A stretch of 30,171 bases of DNA from positions 1 to 30,171 of IMG/VR virus record IMGVR_UViG_3300012665_000565; one strand, given 5' to 3'. This stretch comes from a virus. Taxonomy: Duplodnaviria > Caudoviricetes. The notes beneath the pieces were generated by a model. It saw nothing but the letters and a program-made list of their open reading frames with translations. It had not been told where the DNA came from and ran no database searches. The position numbers and the translations under genes are program-made. Positions 1 through 7,322 of the stretch are shown here, piece by piece (within the stretch, counting starts at the first letter, position 1; every line of letters starts with the position of its first letter).

Positions 1-55
1 TCTCGTTTGTTTAGTTCTCGAACGTATTCTTTCAAATCATTTGAATTCATTCTGC
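1..55. repeat. 55-bp terminal direct repeat (copy at 30117-30171); circular assembly overlap
   Basis: First 55 nt are identical to the last 55 nt, and gene order continues seamlessly across the join. 55 is a common assembler k-mer. Confidence 0.95.
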
Positions 56-62
56 GGCCTCT

Positions 63-314
63 TTAAACAAACATTTTTCTAAATGGATTTTCAGGAGCCG
101 GTTCGCCTTTAGCATTAAGTTCATCTGCTAATGATTGCATCTCTGCTTTATTCAGGCTAAGTCCTTTAACAACTCCACCCCAATATGATCCACTACGAAC
201 TGATAACGCATCTAAACTATGAACTACTTGATAACCAGTGAGTCCATCCATATCATTACCAATAACTAACCATTTATTTTGATTAGCGTATTCTTGACAA
301 TAATTTTTTGTCAT
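63..314 (-). CDS. Early hypothetical protein (83 aa, start MTKNYCQ)
   Basis: The ORF-track start (395) runs through a promoter. The ATG at 314 follows GAGAAAGGTG and lies downstream of the TTGACA/TATAAT promoter. Confidence 0.75.
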   Translation of the reverse strand: MTKNYCQEYANQNKWLVIGNDMDGLTGYQVVHSLDALSVRSGSYWGGVVKGLSLNKAEMQSLADELNAKGEPAPENPFRKMFV

Positions 315-350
315 TTGTGCACCTTTCTCTTGTGCGTTGAACATAGTGTT

Positions 351-379
351 ATTATACGATAAAAGGGTGACTTTGTCAA
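351..379 (-). promoter_or_regulatory. Consensus sigma70 promoter
   Basis: TTGACA (379-374), 17-nt spacer, TATAAT (356-351). Confidence 0.9.
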
Positions 380-390
380 TCACCCTTTTA
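360..390. promoter_or_regulatory. 11-bp perfect inverted repeat enclosing the -35 box (operator and/or terminator)
   Basis: TAAAAGGGTGA (360-370), 9-nt spacer, TCACCCTTTTA (380-390), directly after the stop of 397..1323. Confidence 0.6.
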
Positions 391-396
391 ACCAAA

Positions 397-1323
397 TTAA
401 TTGTCTAATTCTTCACGTCCGGCATAATAAATGTCCTTGAGCGTTTTGATTGGAGGGCAACGATGTGCTACACCTTTGCGTTCCATATAACGAACAAATT
501 GTTTGTATAAACCAAAAGCCACACCATTATACCATTGGCCCAAACGGAATTCAGGGAAAGTGGCTTCACGATAGTTGCGACTTTCTGGTAAACGATGCAC
601 AAACCATTCTTGAAAACTTTTACCTAGAGCAATATTGGTGTTCATAAGTCCTCGATACTCATCGTGACTTAATAATTTAGTAGTGCCCTGTAACAAGATA
701 TCAAAGTTATCTGCTTCAGGAAAAGCCTGGCGAATCAATTTGGTAGCATAGATAGTTTCTGGCAATCCAAATTTAACGCACTTTTCAAAGCCTGCTCGCT
801 TAACCTGAGGAATCCCTTTGCCGAAATTAACTTTGCCACAGGCAAGTCCACAAGAAACCAAATTGCTTTTAATCATTAAAGCCTGTATATCTCCTGCTAA
901 TACCTCTGCCCAAAGCAGTTGCTCACGACTGACATTTCTACTGGCAACTCCATTTAGATAGGCAAATAGTTTGGCAGCATATTCTTTGTCATCTGTTTTG
1001 ATAATATGTGCAGGCACAGTTCGTTCTGTGGGCAATAGTGTTTTAACTATACTGGTTCTATGCTGTCCGTTAATCATAGTCTGTGTGCCATCACTGCGTT
1101 CAACTACGGTAACTACCCCAAATAGATTCCAATCAAGACATTCGCTTTTGGCAATGTAACGAACTACATCAATGTCATTAAAATCCCGCTGACTTTCATC
1201 CATTGGAGTGTCTACAGATACCTGTGTCATTGATGCTTTGGTGCCTAGTGGAGGTGAATTGATTAGATGTTGTAACTTTTCAGGTAAAGTTACAGGTGGC
1301 ACAATGTTTTGAATTGTTTGCAT
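397..1323 (-). CDS. ParB/Srx-superfamily (DGQHR-like) domain protein
   Basis: GVVTVVERSDG...MINGQHR motif followed by a 'VPAHII...AAKLFAYLN' segment; SD AAGGAG upstream. Confidence 0.65.
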   Translation of the reverse strand: MQTIQNIVPPVTLPEKLQHLINSPPLGTKASMTQVSVDTPMDESQRDFNDIDVVRYIAKSECLDWNLFGVVTVVERSDGTQTMINGQHRTSIVKTLLPTERTVPAHIIKTDDKEYAAKLFAYLNGVASRNVSREQLLWAEVLAGDIQALMIKSNLVSCGLACGKVNFGKGIPQVKRAGFEKCVKFGLPETIYATKLIRQAFPEADNFDILLQGTTKLLSHDEYRGLMNTNIALGKSFQEWFVHRLPESRNYREATFPEFRLGQWYNGVAFGLYKQFVRYMERKGVAHRCPPIKTLKDIYYAGREELDN

Positions 1324-1419
1324 TTGTTTCTCCTTTATTAAAAATGCAGTTTTAATATCTTAAACAAGATATCGTTATTCGAGTATTAAAAAATACTCTG
1401 TGTTACTTAACACATCTAT

Positions 1420-1448
1420 AGTATATGATAAAATTATAGAGATGTCAA
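1420..1448 (-). promoter_or_regulatory. sigma70 promoter for the ParB-like gene
   Basis: TTGACA (1448-1443), 17-nt spacer, TATACT (1425-1420). Confidence 0.85.
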
Positions 1449-1491
1449 TCAAATAGAAATCCAATTAGTTCTCTAAGATAATTTGGACTAT

Positions 1492-1880
1492 AGTTGATGT
1501 CTAAAGACATCAACTCATTTCGCTTCCGCTCATTCGTATGTCGCTTCGCTTTCTTTCTTCATTGAAGTAAATGACATAAGTGAGAAATACATATTAATTG
1601 ACTCGAATGTGGAGTCAAGAGGGGACAAATGTAGTTTCTGTATAAAAAAATATACTCACTACCTTTGTCCCTACCTCACTCACAAATCAATTAATGTGTA
1701 AGTCCCATCTCTGGAGAGGTATCTTAGGCTGCTTTATGAGAGAAGTTTGACTATGTGTAACTCTCAACCATTGCTGGTAGCAGTGGACTACACCCTAATG
1801 CAGTTATCTAAGATAACTTGCCTGCATATTATTGGGCGGTGTAGGATTTATCCCTATTATGAACTACACCTTTTTCTTTG
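1492..1880. other. Structured non-coding region; candidate replication origin or ncRNA
   Basis: Palindrome 1492-1515, pas-like tract 1518-1551, long rod 1588-1700, nested stems 1768-1870, no ORF in the track. Confidence 0.5.
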
Positions 1881-1890
1881 TCCAGGGTTC

Positions 1891-2205
1891 TTAGACTTTT
1901 GCCTTTAGTTGTTTAATTTTTGCCATTTGTTGTTGCCTTTTATTCATTGCCTGTTCGGCTCTAATAGTTATGTTTTCTAAGTCTTTGTGGTGTTTATTCT
2001 TGAGTGGAAATTTGCGAGTATATACCATACCCCAAAGTCCATTTATTTTAGCGTGATCCAAATCTGTAATATATTTGCCTAAGTCGTTTTTGATTAATGA
2101 CAGCAACACTAAATCGTCGGCACAAGGATGACTGCCTAAATCTTCAGCCTTAAATCCTCGACGCCAACAGAATAAATTAGTTTCGTGTTCAATGGATTTT
2201 GCCAT
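1891..2205 (-). CDS. Hypothetical protein (104 aa)
   Basis: ORF with AAAGGT SD-like sequence and its own promoter motifs upstream. Confidence 0.75.
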   Translation of the reverse strand: MAKSIEHETNLFCWRRGFKAEDLGSHPCADDLVLLSLIKNDLGKYITDLDHAKINGLWGMVYTRKFPLKNKHHKDLENITIRAEQAMNKRQQQMAKIKQLKAKV

Positions 2206-2229
2206 ATCTACCTTTAATGTTGTCTAATG

Positions 2230-2243
2230 TATTTAGTATAACA
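2230..2243 (-). promoter_or_regulatory. Overlapping extended -10 (TGtTATACT) and T4-late-like CTAAATA promoter
   Basis: Minus strand reads TGTTATACTAAATA, ending 24 nt before the ATG at 2205. Confidence 0.55.
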
Positions 2244-2284
2244 CCTAAAAAACTAAGTTAAAAGAGAATCTATTGCCAATATAC

Positions 2285-2314
2285 AAAAGACGAAACCCCC
2301 AAGGCGGGGGTTTC
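2285..2314 (-). terminator. Rho-independent terminator
   Basis: GAAACCCCC-gcctt-GGGGGTTTC followed by GTCTTTT. Confidence 0.85.
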
Positions 2315-2399
2315 TAACAGGGCGGTTTCACAATGGCAATAGCGAAACTCTTTAATTGACAGCCTCATCCAGGTAGAATAGAGAATTTTTGTCCCTGCT
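2285..2399 (-). ncRNA. Putative ~115-nt late small RNA
   Basis: Perfect TATAAATA at 2412-2405, closing stem AGCAGGG/CCCUGUU, internal hairpin, strong terminator; G-U pairs favour the minus strand. Confidence 0.55.
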
Positions 2400-2407
2400 A
2401 CTTTTAT

Positions 2408-2905
2408 TTATAAAGGATCTTTTGTTTCAGGGCAAATTCTGATAATTCCGACCGATTTTGCTAAATTACCTTTACTGGCGTAAGCACCTTTGGTTTCACG
2501 TAAAAATGAGTTCCAAACAATACTTGCCTTTTGTGGATTTAAATTATATTCACCGGTATATGGATCTTGCGTCATTCCGCAGGTGTGGCACTTCCATCGC
2601 CAGATTGCTTTGGTTTGCGTTTGGTATAACTTCGCTTCTTTTTCACAACCGTTGTCGCAGATTTTTCCACACTCGCAGTTGTAGGGGGTGTGTTTGATTC
2701 TGGTAAGCATTGGGGCGTAGGTTGGATTAGTCCCATCAAATAACTCCATAAAGACTTCTTCGTGTTCATCTTGATATTTTTCCTCAGCGGACTTTCGCCC
2801 TCTTTTCTTTTTAGCGTTCAGGCTAGTTTCTCGTGGAGTGTCTGGTAATTTCCACTCTGCTACTTGAGAAAGTTTTTGTTTGAATAATTCGTCATCCATA
2901 AGCAT
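2408..2905 (-). CDS. Cys-rich, probably Zn-binding hypothetical protein
   Basis: CECGKICDNGC and CHTC motifs; basic KKKRGRK patch. Confidence 0.7.
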   Translation of the reverse strand: MLMDDELFKQKLSQVAEWKLPDTPRETSLNAKKKRGRKSAEEKYQDEHEEVFMELFDGTNPTYAPMLTRIKHTPYNCECGKICDNGCEKEAKLYQTQTKAIWRWKCHTCGMTQDPYTGEYNLNPQKASIVWNSFLRETKGAYASKGNLAKSVGIIRICPETKDPL

Positions 2906-2922
2906 AGTTATCTATGCAGGAT

Positions 2923-3165
2923 TTAGAACTTCATCAAAATGGTTCCGATTACACCAATTAGAGCAACAACAATACTCGATGCACTGGTAATGATTGTAGT
3001 CTTCAATGACTTCTGCCCATCAAGTATATCTTTCTGGACAGCATCCATTTTTATCTCCAGAGTGATTAATCTCAAGTCTAATTGCTTGTAGCGTTGAGCA
3101 CAGATGGCAGTATGGGCAGGAAGACTTTCGTTTTCAATGTCGCTGATTTCTGCTAAGTCACTCAT
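2923..3165 (-). CDS. Coiled-coil protein with C-terminal TM helix (holin-like candidate)
   Basis: Heptad-like N-terminal region and hydrophobic tail SIVVALIGVIGTILMKF; last gene of the fibre operon. Confidence 0.55.
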   Translation of the reverse strand: MSDLAEISDIENESLPAHTAICAQRYKQLDLRLITLEIKMDAVQKDILDGQKSLKTTIITSASSIVVALIGVIGTILMKF

Positions 3166-3497
3166 TATGCGCTCCTTGCTAGAACCTTTACACGGAAGTT
3201 TCTGCGATCTACTAAGCCGTTGGCAGTGGTAATCTTGCAGGTAACAATATAGGTTTTACCTTCTTGTCCTTCTTTAAGTTCCACATAAGTTTTTGTTCCT
3301 GAACGCCCTTGGCTATGTATAGCCAATGGGTCTGGATCATTTGCACGGGCTGTGATAGTATAAACACTGGTAGCAATAGTATCGCCTGCAGGTAGCCAAT
3401 CTACCCAGTCAAAGGTATAGATTAATTTTGCTTCTGTGTCTTTTTGGATTGTTAATCCTTGTATGGTTTGTTCAAAACCTGAACGGGCTGTAGCCAT
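3165..3497 (-). CDS. Putative fibre-tail adaptor protein
   Basis: KD..A.L.YTFDW.DWL..GDTI...G..G.TY.VTC.ITT.NG..D.R.F.V pattern of small phage adaptor proteins; SD AAGGAG. Confidence 0.6.
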   Translation of the reverse strand: MATARSGFEQTIQGLTIQKDTEAKLIYTFDWVDWLPAGDTIATSVYTITARANDPDPLAIHSQGRSGTKTYVELKEGQEGKTYIVTCKITTANGLVDRRNFRVKVLARSA

Positions 3498-3508
3498 TTT
3501 GTTTCTCC

Positions 3509-6500
3509 TTAATCAATGTTATATATGCGTGTTTCGGAACCTATGTTTCTTAAACTAGTTTCTGTTTGTATTTCACGCAATCTTGTTTCTGTTTGTATGA
3601 TATGAATACGTGTTTCACCGGCAATTATATATTCCCAACCTTCACCAGGAATCTTGTATTCAATTTCATCTATTCTTAAATCTCTAATAGCAACAACAAA
3701 TGTCATTGCTGAAGACATTGTTACTGAATATCTCTTGGTAATTGATATTCTAGCAGAGACTGCCGCAACAATTTGTTGTTGGATTTGTGCTGATTTTACA
3801 ATACCAACATTTGCAGACAATGCTGAAGTTGAAGAAATAACACTTTGAGCATTTCTTTTAATTATTAATGTAGACGTTAATGTAAAAATCACATCAGCAT
3901 CAACAAAGAATGCGGCAATTCTTGCAACAGCAACTAATTCAGATGCAACTGCTTGAGTTAATATTATTGCACGTCTAATTAAACTAGCGGTGACATTTAA
4001 TGTTGTTTGAGCATTAATTGTCGAAACACCGGCAACACGACGTCTTGCAACAATATTAGTTGAGGCAATAGTTTGAGCAGTAATTATATTACCAGTAATT
4101 TTTACTGCATTAATAGATGTAGTAAATTGTGACTCACAAACTATGTCTGTTGCTACATCTTTAACTGCAACAATTAATGAACTTGCAACGCTATCAGTTA
4201 CAATTTCAGCACTAACACGTTTGACTGCTAATGTTAACGATGTAAATGCCGCAGACATCTCTGCGTTAGCATTGGCATTTAAACTGTCTTGTGTAAATGC
4301 ATAAACAGAACTTTGTGAAGATAGCGCAACATTAAATGGTTTTATAGCATTTGCTGTGGCTACTAATATTATAGCATTGAATACTTGGGCGGCAATTTCA
4401 CCGCCTGTTTGTGCAATAGTTAATTGTGTAAATGCACTGGCTAATTCCGCAACTCCACCGGCAATTACATTTATATCTGCTGTTACTGAGAATGAACTAT
4501 CTGAATCTATATGAGAACTGGTAGTCTTAACTACATTGGCAGTAACAGCAGTCAATGATGCAGTAGTTAATTGAGCAAAGAAACTTCCGCCTATGTTAGC
4601 CTGCAATGTTGTCTGTGCGGCTATGCCGGCTATGCCTCTTGCTATTTTTTCTACAACAATTTCAAATTCTTCAAAGTAGCCTGTTTCTAAATATTCGCCT
4701 TGAACTTCAAAATATGTTTGCTTAGTAATAAATTGACTGCTAATGTTAGCAATAATACCTAATAATAAAACTGGTGTAGCCGAAATAGATGCAACAATGT
4801 TTGCTGAGGTTGACCCAAATTTAACTCTATAATTGTCTGCACCTAAGATTGCCAAAGAAGAAATACTAGCAGAACTATTGGCAACTAAATTTACATTAGG
4901 AGATGTTGTTGCTGTTGATATTAGACTGATATTGACTTGAACAGTTTTAACAACACTGGCAGACAATGCACCATTGGTAAATGCTACAAGATTTATTTCT
5001 TCAAGTTTGCCGATAACAGCAGATAGTGTTATAGAATTTGCTATTGAACTTTCTGCATTGGCATTTTGATTTACTGATGCGCTAACCGTTGATATTGCTG
5101 ATATATTTGAAGAAATATCTCTAAATCTTTCGGCATTAGTATCAACATTTACCTGTGCTGTTAATAAACTATTGTTATCTCTTAATCTATTTTGAGATAT
5201 TGTAATAGATGACGCAGAATTAAATGCAGCCTCTGTAGTTCTTTGAACATTAATATCTGCAGACAATGCACCATTGGTAAATGCTACAAGATTTATTTCT
5301 TCAAGTTTGCCGATAACAGCAGATAGTGTTATAGAATTTGCTATTGAACTTTCTGCATTGGCATTTTGATTTACTGATGCGCTAACCGTTGATATTGCTG
5401 ATATATTTGAAGAAATATCTCTAAATCTTTCGGCATTAGTATCAACATTTACCTGTGCTGTTAATAAACTATTGTTATCTCTTAATCTATTTTGAGATAT
5501 TGTAATAGATGACGCAGAATTAAATGCAGCCTCTGTAGTTCTTTGAACATTAATATCTGCAGACAATGCACCATTGGTAAATGCTACAAGATTTATTTCT
5601 TCAAGTTTGCCGATAACAGCAGAAACAGCAGCCTGCAATGTAATTGCAATAACAGGCGAAGTAATATAACCAATGGCAGCGGTTTGTGTTGCTGTTGATG
5701 TCAGAGAGGCACCAACACTAAATGTTATTCTAGTATCATCGTTTACATCATTATCAAAGTGATAAAGATATTGAACCCCTGTAGTATCTGTTCTTGCCGA
5801 AGTTGGCACAGAAATAGACGTATCAGTAGTGTTAAATCCGTAGGTTGATCCTTTAATATAAAATGCTTCATCTACTCTACCATTTTGAGCATAGAAACCA
5901 ATTGTTGATGTATATGTGGTATTAGTAGCATCACCCCAACGATTAATTGGTAATAGAGCATCCGGAGTAGATTCATTGTAATAATAAACTCTTGAACCAT
6001 TAATGTAATAGGCAATGCTATTGTTTTGTTTTACAGCCGCTAGGTGATACCATTGATTAGCACTAAATGTAGATGTGTGAGTATAACGATAAAAATCAAC
6101 GTAGACTCCGCCGTTTGTATTAGAAATATATGGCTGAAATCTAAATGCTCCTGATTGAACGCGGAACTGTAAAAATTCAGATAATCCACCTATAGGATAC
6201 GACCCGCCAGTAGCAGTTGGATAGAACCATACTTCTAGATAAAAATCTTCATTTTGATAAGGAATAACATTTTTATTTTGTCCATAGTATCCAAAATTTA
6301 AATTAATTCCACCACTTAAACTATATGTGCCAAATTTCTTAATACTACTGTCAAAAGTAGGTAAGGAGTTAATAAAATTATCAGTTAGATTTCTCGGACG
6401 AGCAAGTTGTCCTATGTTTCTTGAAGCAAATATAAATGCATACGCAGTCATTGTTGCGGCAGTGACTTTTAATTTTCCACCTAATAATGTCTGCGTAAAT

Positions 6501-7309
6501 TGTAAATTAAATGTTAATATAGTTTCTGTTGTTTTAACATTATTACAGACTAACGAAGCAATGCCTGTGCCGGTTAGGTGAGCGTCACGTATCTTTCTAC
6601 CTAATATAGAAATTGTAAATTCACTATTTGCGGTTGTGTCAATGTTTCTTAATCTTTGAGCATTAACATTTAAAGAAACCTCAGAGAAAATTGTTGAATT
6701 ACCATATCTAATTCTATCGCCAGAAATAGACATAGATATTGCTGTAGATAATCCTGAAGATGTATCTTTGTTAACAACAGAATTTAGATCAAAAGAAAAC
6801 GCAGCCTGCGTTTCTAAATTTGTGTCACGGCTGCGTAGTCCATTAATAATGGCAGAAAAAATAGCATCAACATCTGAATCAGCATTACGACTAACAACAA
6901 AATCAACAGCAACATCAAAACTCACAGATGCTGTAATATTTGTTTGTCGAATCCTGTTTACTTGAACAGCAATGGCAGCATTTGAGAATGCAAATAAATC
7001 AATGTCTCTATCTCTAGAGCCAATTGCTGTTTGCGTGAATACACTTTGAATGCTGGCAGATGTGTCTACCAATTTAGAAACAGATGCTAAAAATGCAAAT
7101 TCCGAAGTTAGATATGCCTGTGCTTCTAACAGCATACCGATAACAATTTCAGGGTCACAGTATAATAATGCAAAACTTCCCGAAGTGCTAAAATAGTCGG
7201 CAGGCAAATAACCTTCAATTAGATATGGTTCTAATACAATAACAGCATCGGCCGTATAGACATGATACTTGGTATCAATATAGCCTTCTTCGTAGTAGAG
7301 TTGGTCCAC
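3509..7309 (-). CDS. 1266-aa repetitive fibre ('rope') protein with an internal LamG/concanavalin-like domain
   Basis: GTG start after AGGAG; strict 20-aa repeats; central 'DFYLEVWFYP...NQWYHLAAVK...YYING...VDE' LamG motif. Confidence 0.75.
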   Translation of the reverse strand: MDQLYYEEGYIDTKYHVYTADAVIVLEPYLIEGYLPADYFSTSGSFALLYCDPEIVIGMLLEAQAYLTSEFAFLASVSKLVDTSASIQSVFTQTAIGSRDRDIDLFAFSNAAIAVQVNRIRQTNITASVSFDVAVDFVVSRNADSDVDAIFSAIINGLRSRDTNLETQAAFSFDLNSVVNKDTSSGLSTAISMSISGDRIRYGNSTIFSEVSLNVNAQRLRNIDTTANSEFTISILGRKIRDAHLTGTGIASLVCNNVKTTETILTFNLQFTQTLLGGKLKVTAATMTAYAFIFASRNIGQLARPRNLTDNFINSLPTFDSSIKKFGTYSLSGGINLNFGYYGQNKNVIPYQNEDFYLEVWFYPTATGGSYPIGGLSEFLQFRVQSGAFRFQPYISNTNGGVYVDFYRYTHTSTFSANQWYHLAAVKQNNSIAYYINGSRVYYYNESTPDALLPINRWGDATNTTYTSTIGFYAQNGRVDEAFYIKGSTYGFNTTDTSISVPTSARTDTTGVQYLYHFDNDVNDDTRITFSVGASLTSTATQTAAIGYITSPVIAITLQAAVSAVIGKLEEINLVAFTNGALSADINVQRTTEAAFNSASSITISQNRLRDNNSLLTAQVNVDTNAERFRDISSNISAISTVSASVNQNANAESSIANSITLSAVIGKLEEINLVAFTNGALSADINVQRTTEAAFNSASSITISQNRLRDNNSLLTAQVNVDTNAERFRDISSNISAISTVSASVNQNANAESSIANSITLSAVIGKLEEINLVAFTNGALSASVVKTVQVNISLISTATTSPNVNLVANSSASISSLAILGADNYRVKFGSTSANIVASISATPVLLLGIIANISSQFITKQTYFEVQGEYLETGYFEEFEIVVEKIARGIAGIAAQTTLQANIGGSFFAQLTTASLTAVTANVVKTTSSHIDSDSSFSVTADINVIAGGVAELASAFTQLTIAQTGGEIAAQVFNAIILVATANAIKPFNVALSSQSSVYAFTQDSLNANANAEMSAAFTSLTLAVKRVSAEIVTDSVASSLIVAVKDVATDIVCESQFTTSINAVKITGNIITAQTIASTNIVARRRVAGVSTINAQTTLNVTASLIRRAIILTQAVASELVAVARIAAFFVDADVIFTLTSTLIIKRNAQSVISSTSALSANVGIVKSAQIQQQIVAAVSARISITKRYSVTMSSAMTFVVAIRDLRIDEIEYKIPGEGWEYIIAGETRIHIIQTETRLREIQTETSLRNIGSETRIYNID
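4959..5623. repeat. Perfect 300-bp tandem repeat (about 2.2 copies, in frame)
   Basis: 4959-5258 equals 5259-5558; the first 65 bp recur a third time at 5559-5623. Confidence 0.95.
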
Positions 7310-7322
7310 CTATTGCTCCTAG

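Noticed and set aside
2269-2367. Short minus-strand ORF (MRLSIKEF...) inside the putative sRNA
   Set aside because: It has no SD and runs through the terminator hairpin.
1324-2407. tRNA genes in the non-coding regions
   Set aside because: No cloverleaf with T-loop/D-loop consensus was found by eye.
4959-5623. Repeat as a CRISPR array or DGR template/variable pair
   Set aside because: It is an in-frame coding tandem duplication with identical copies, no unique spacers, no adenine-specific mismatches and no reverse transcriptase.
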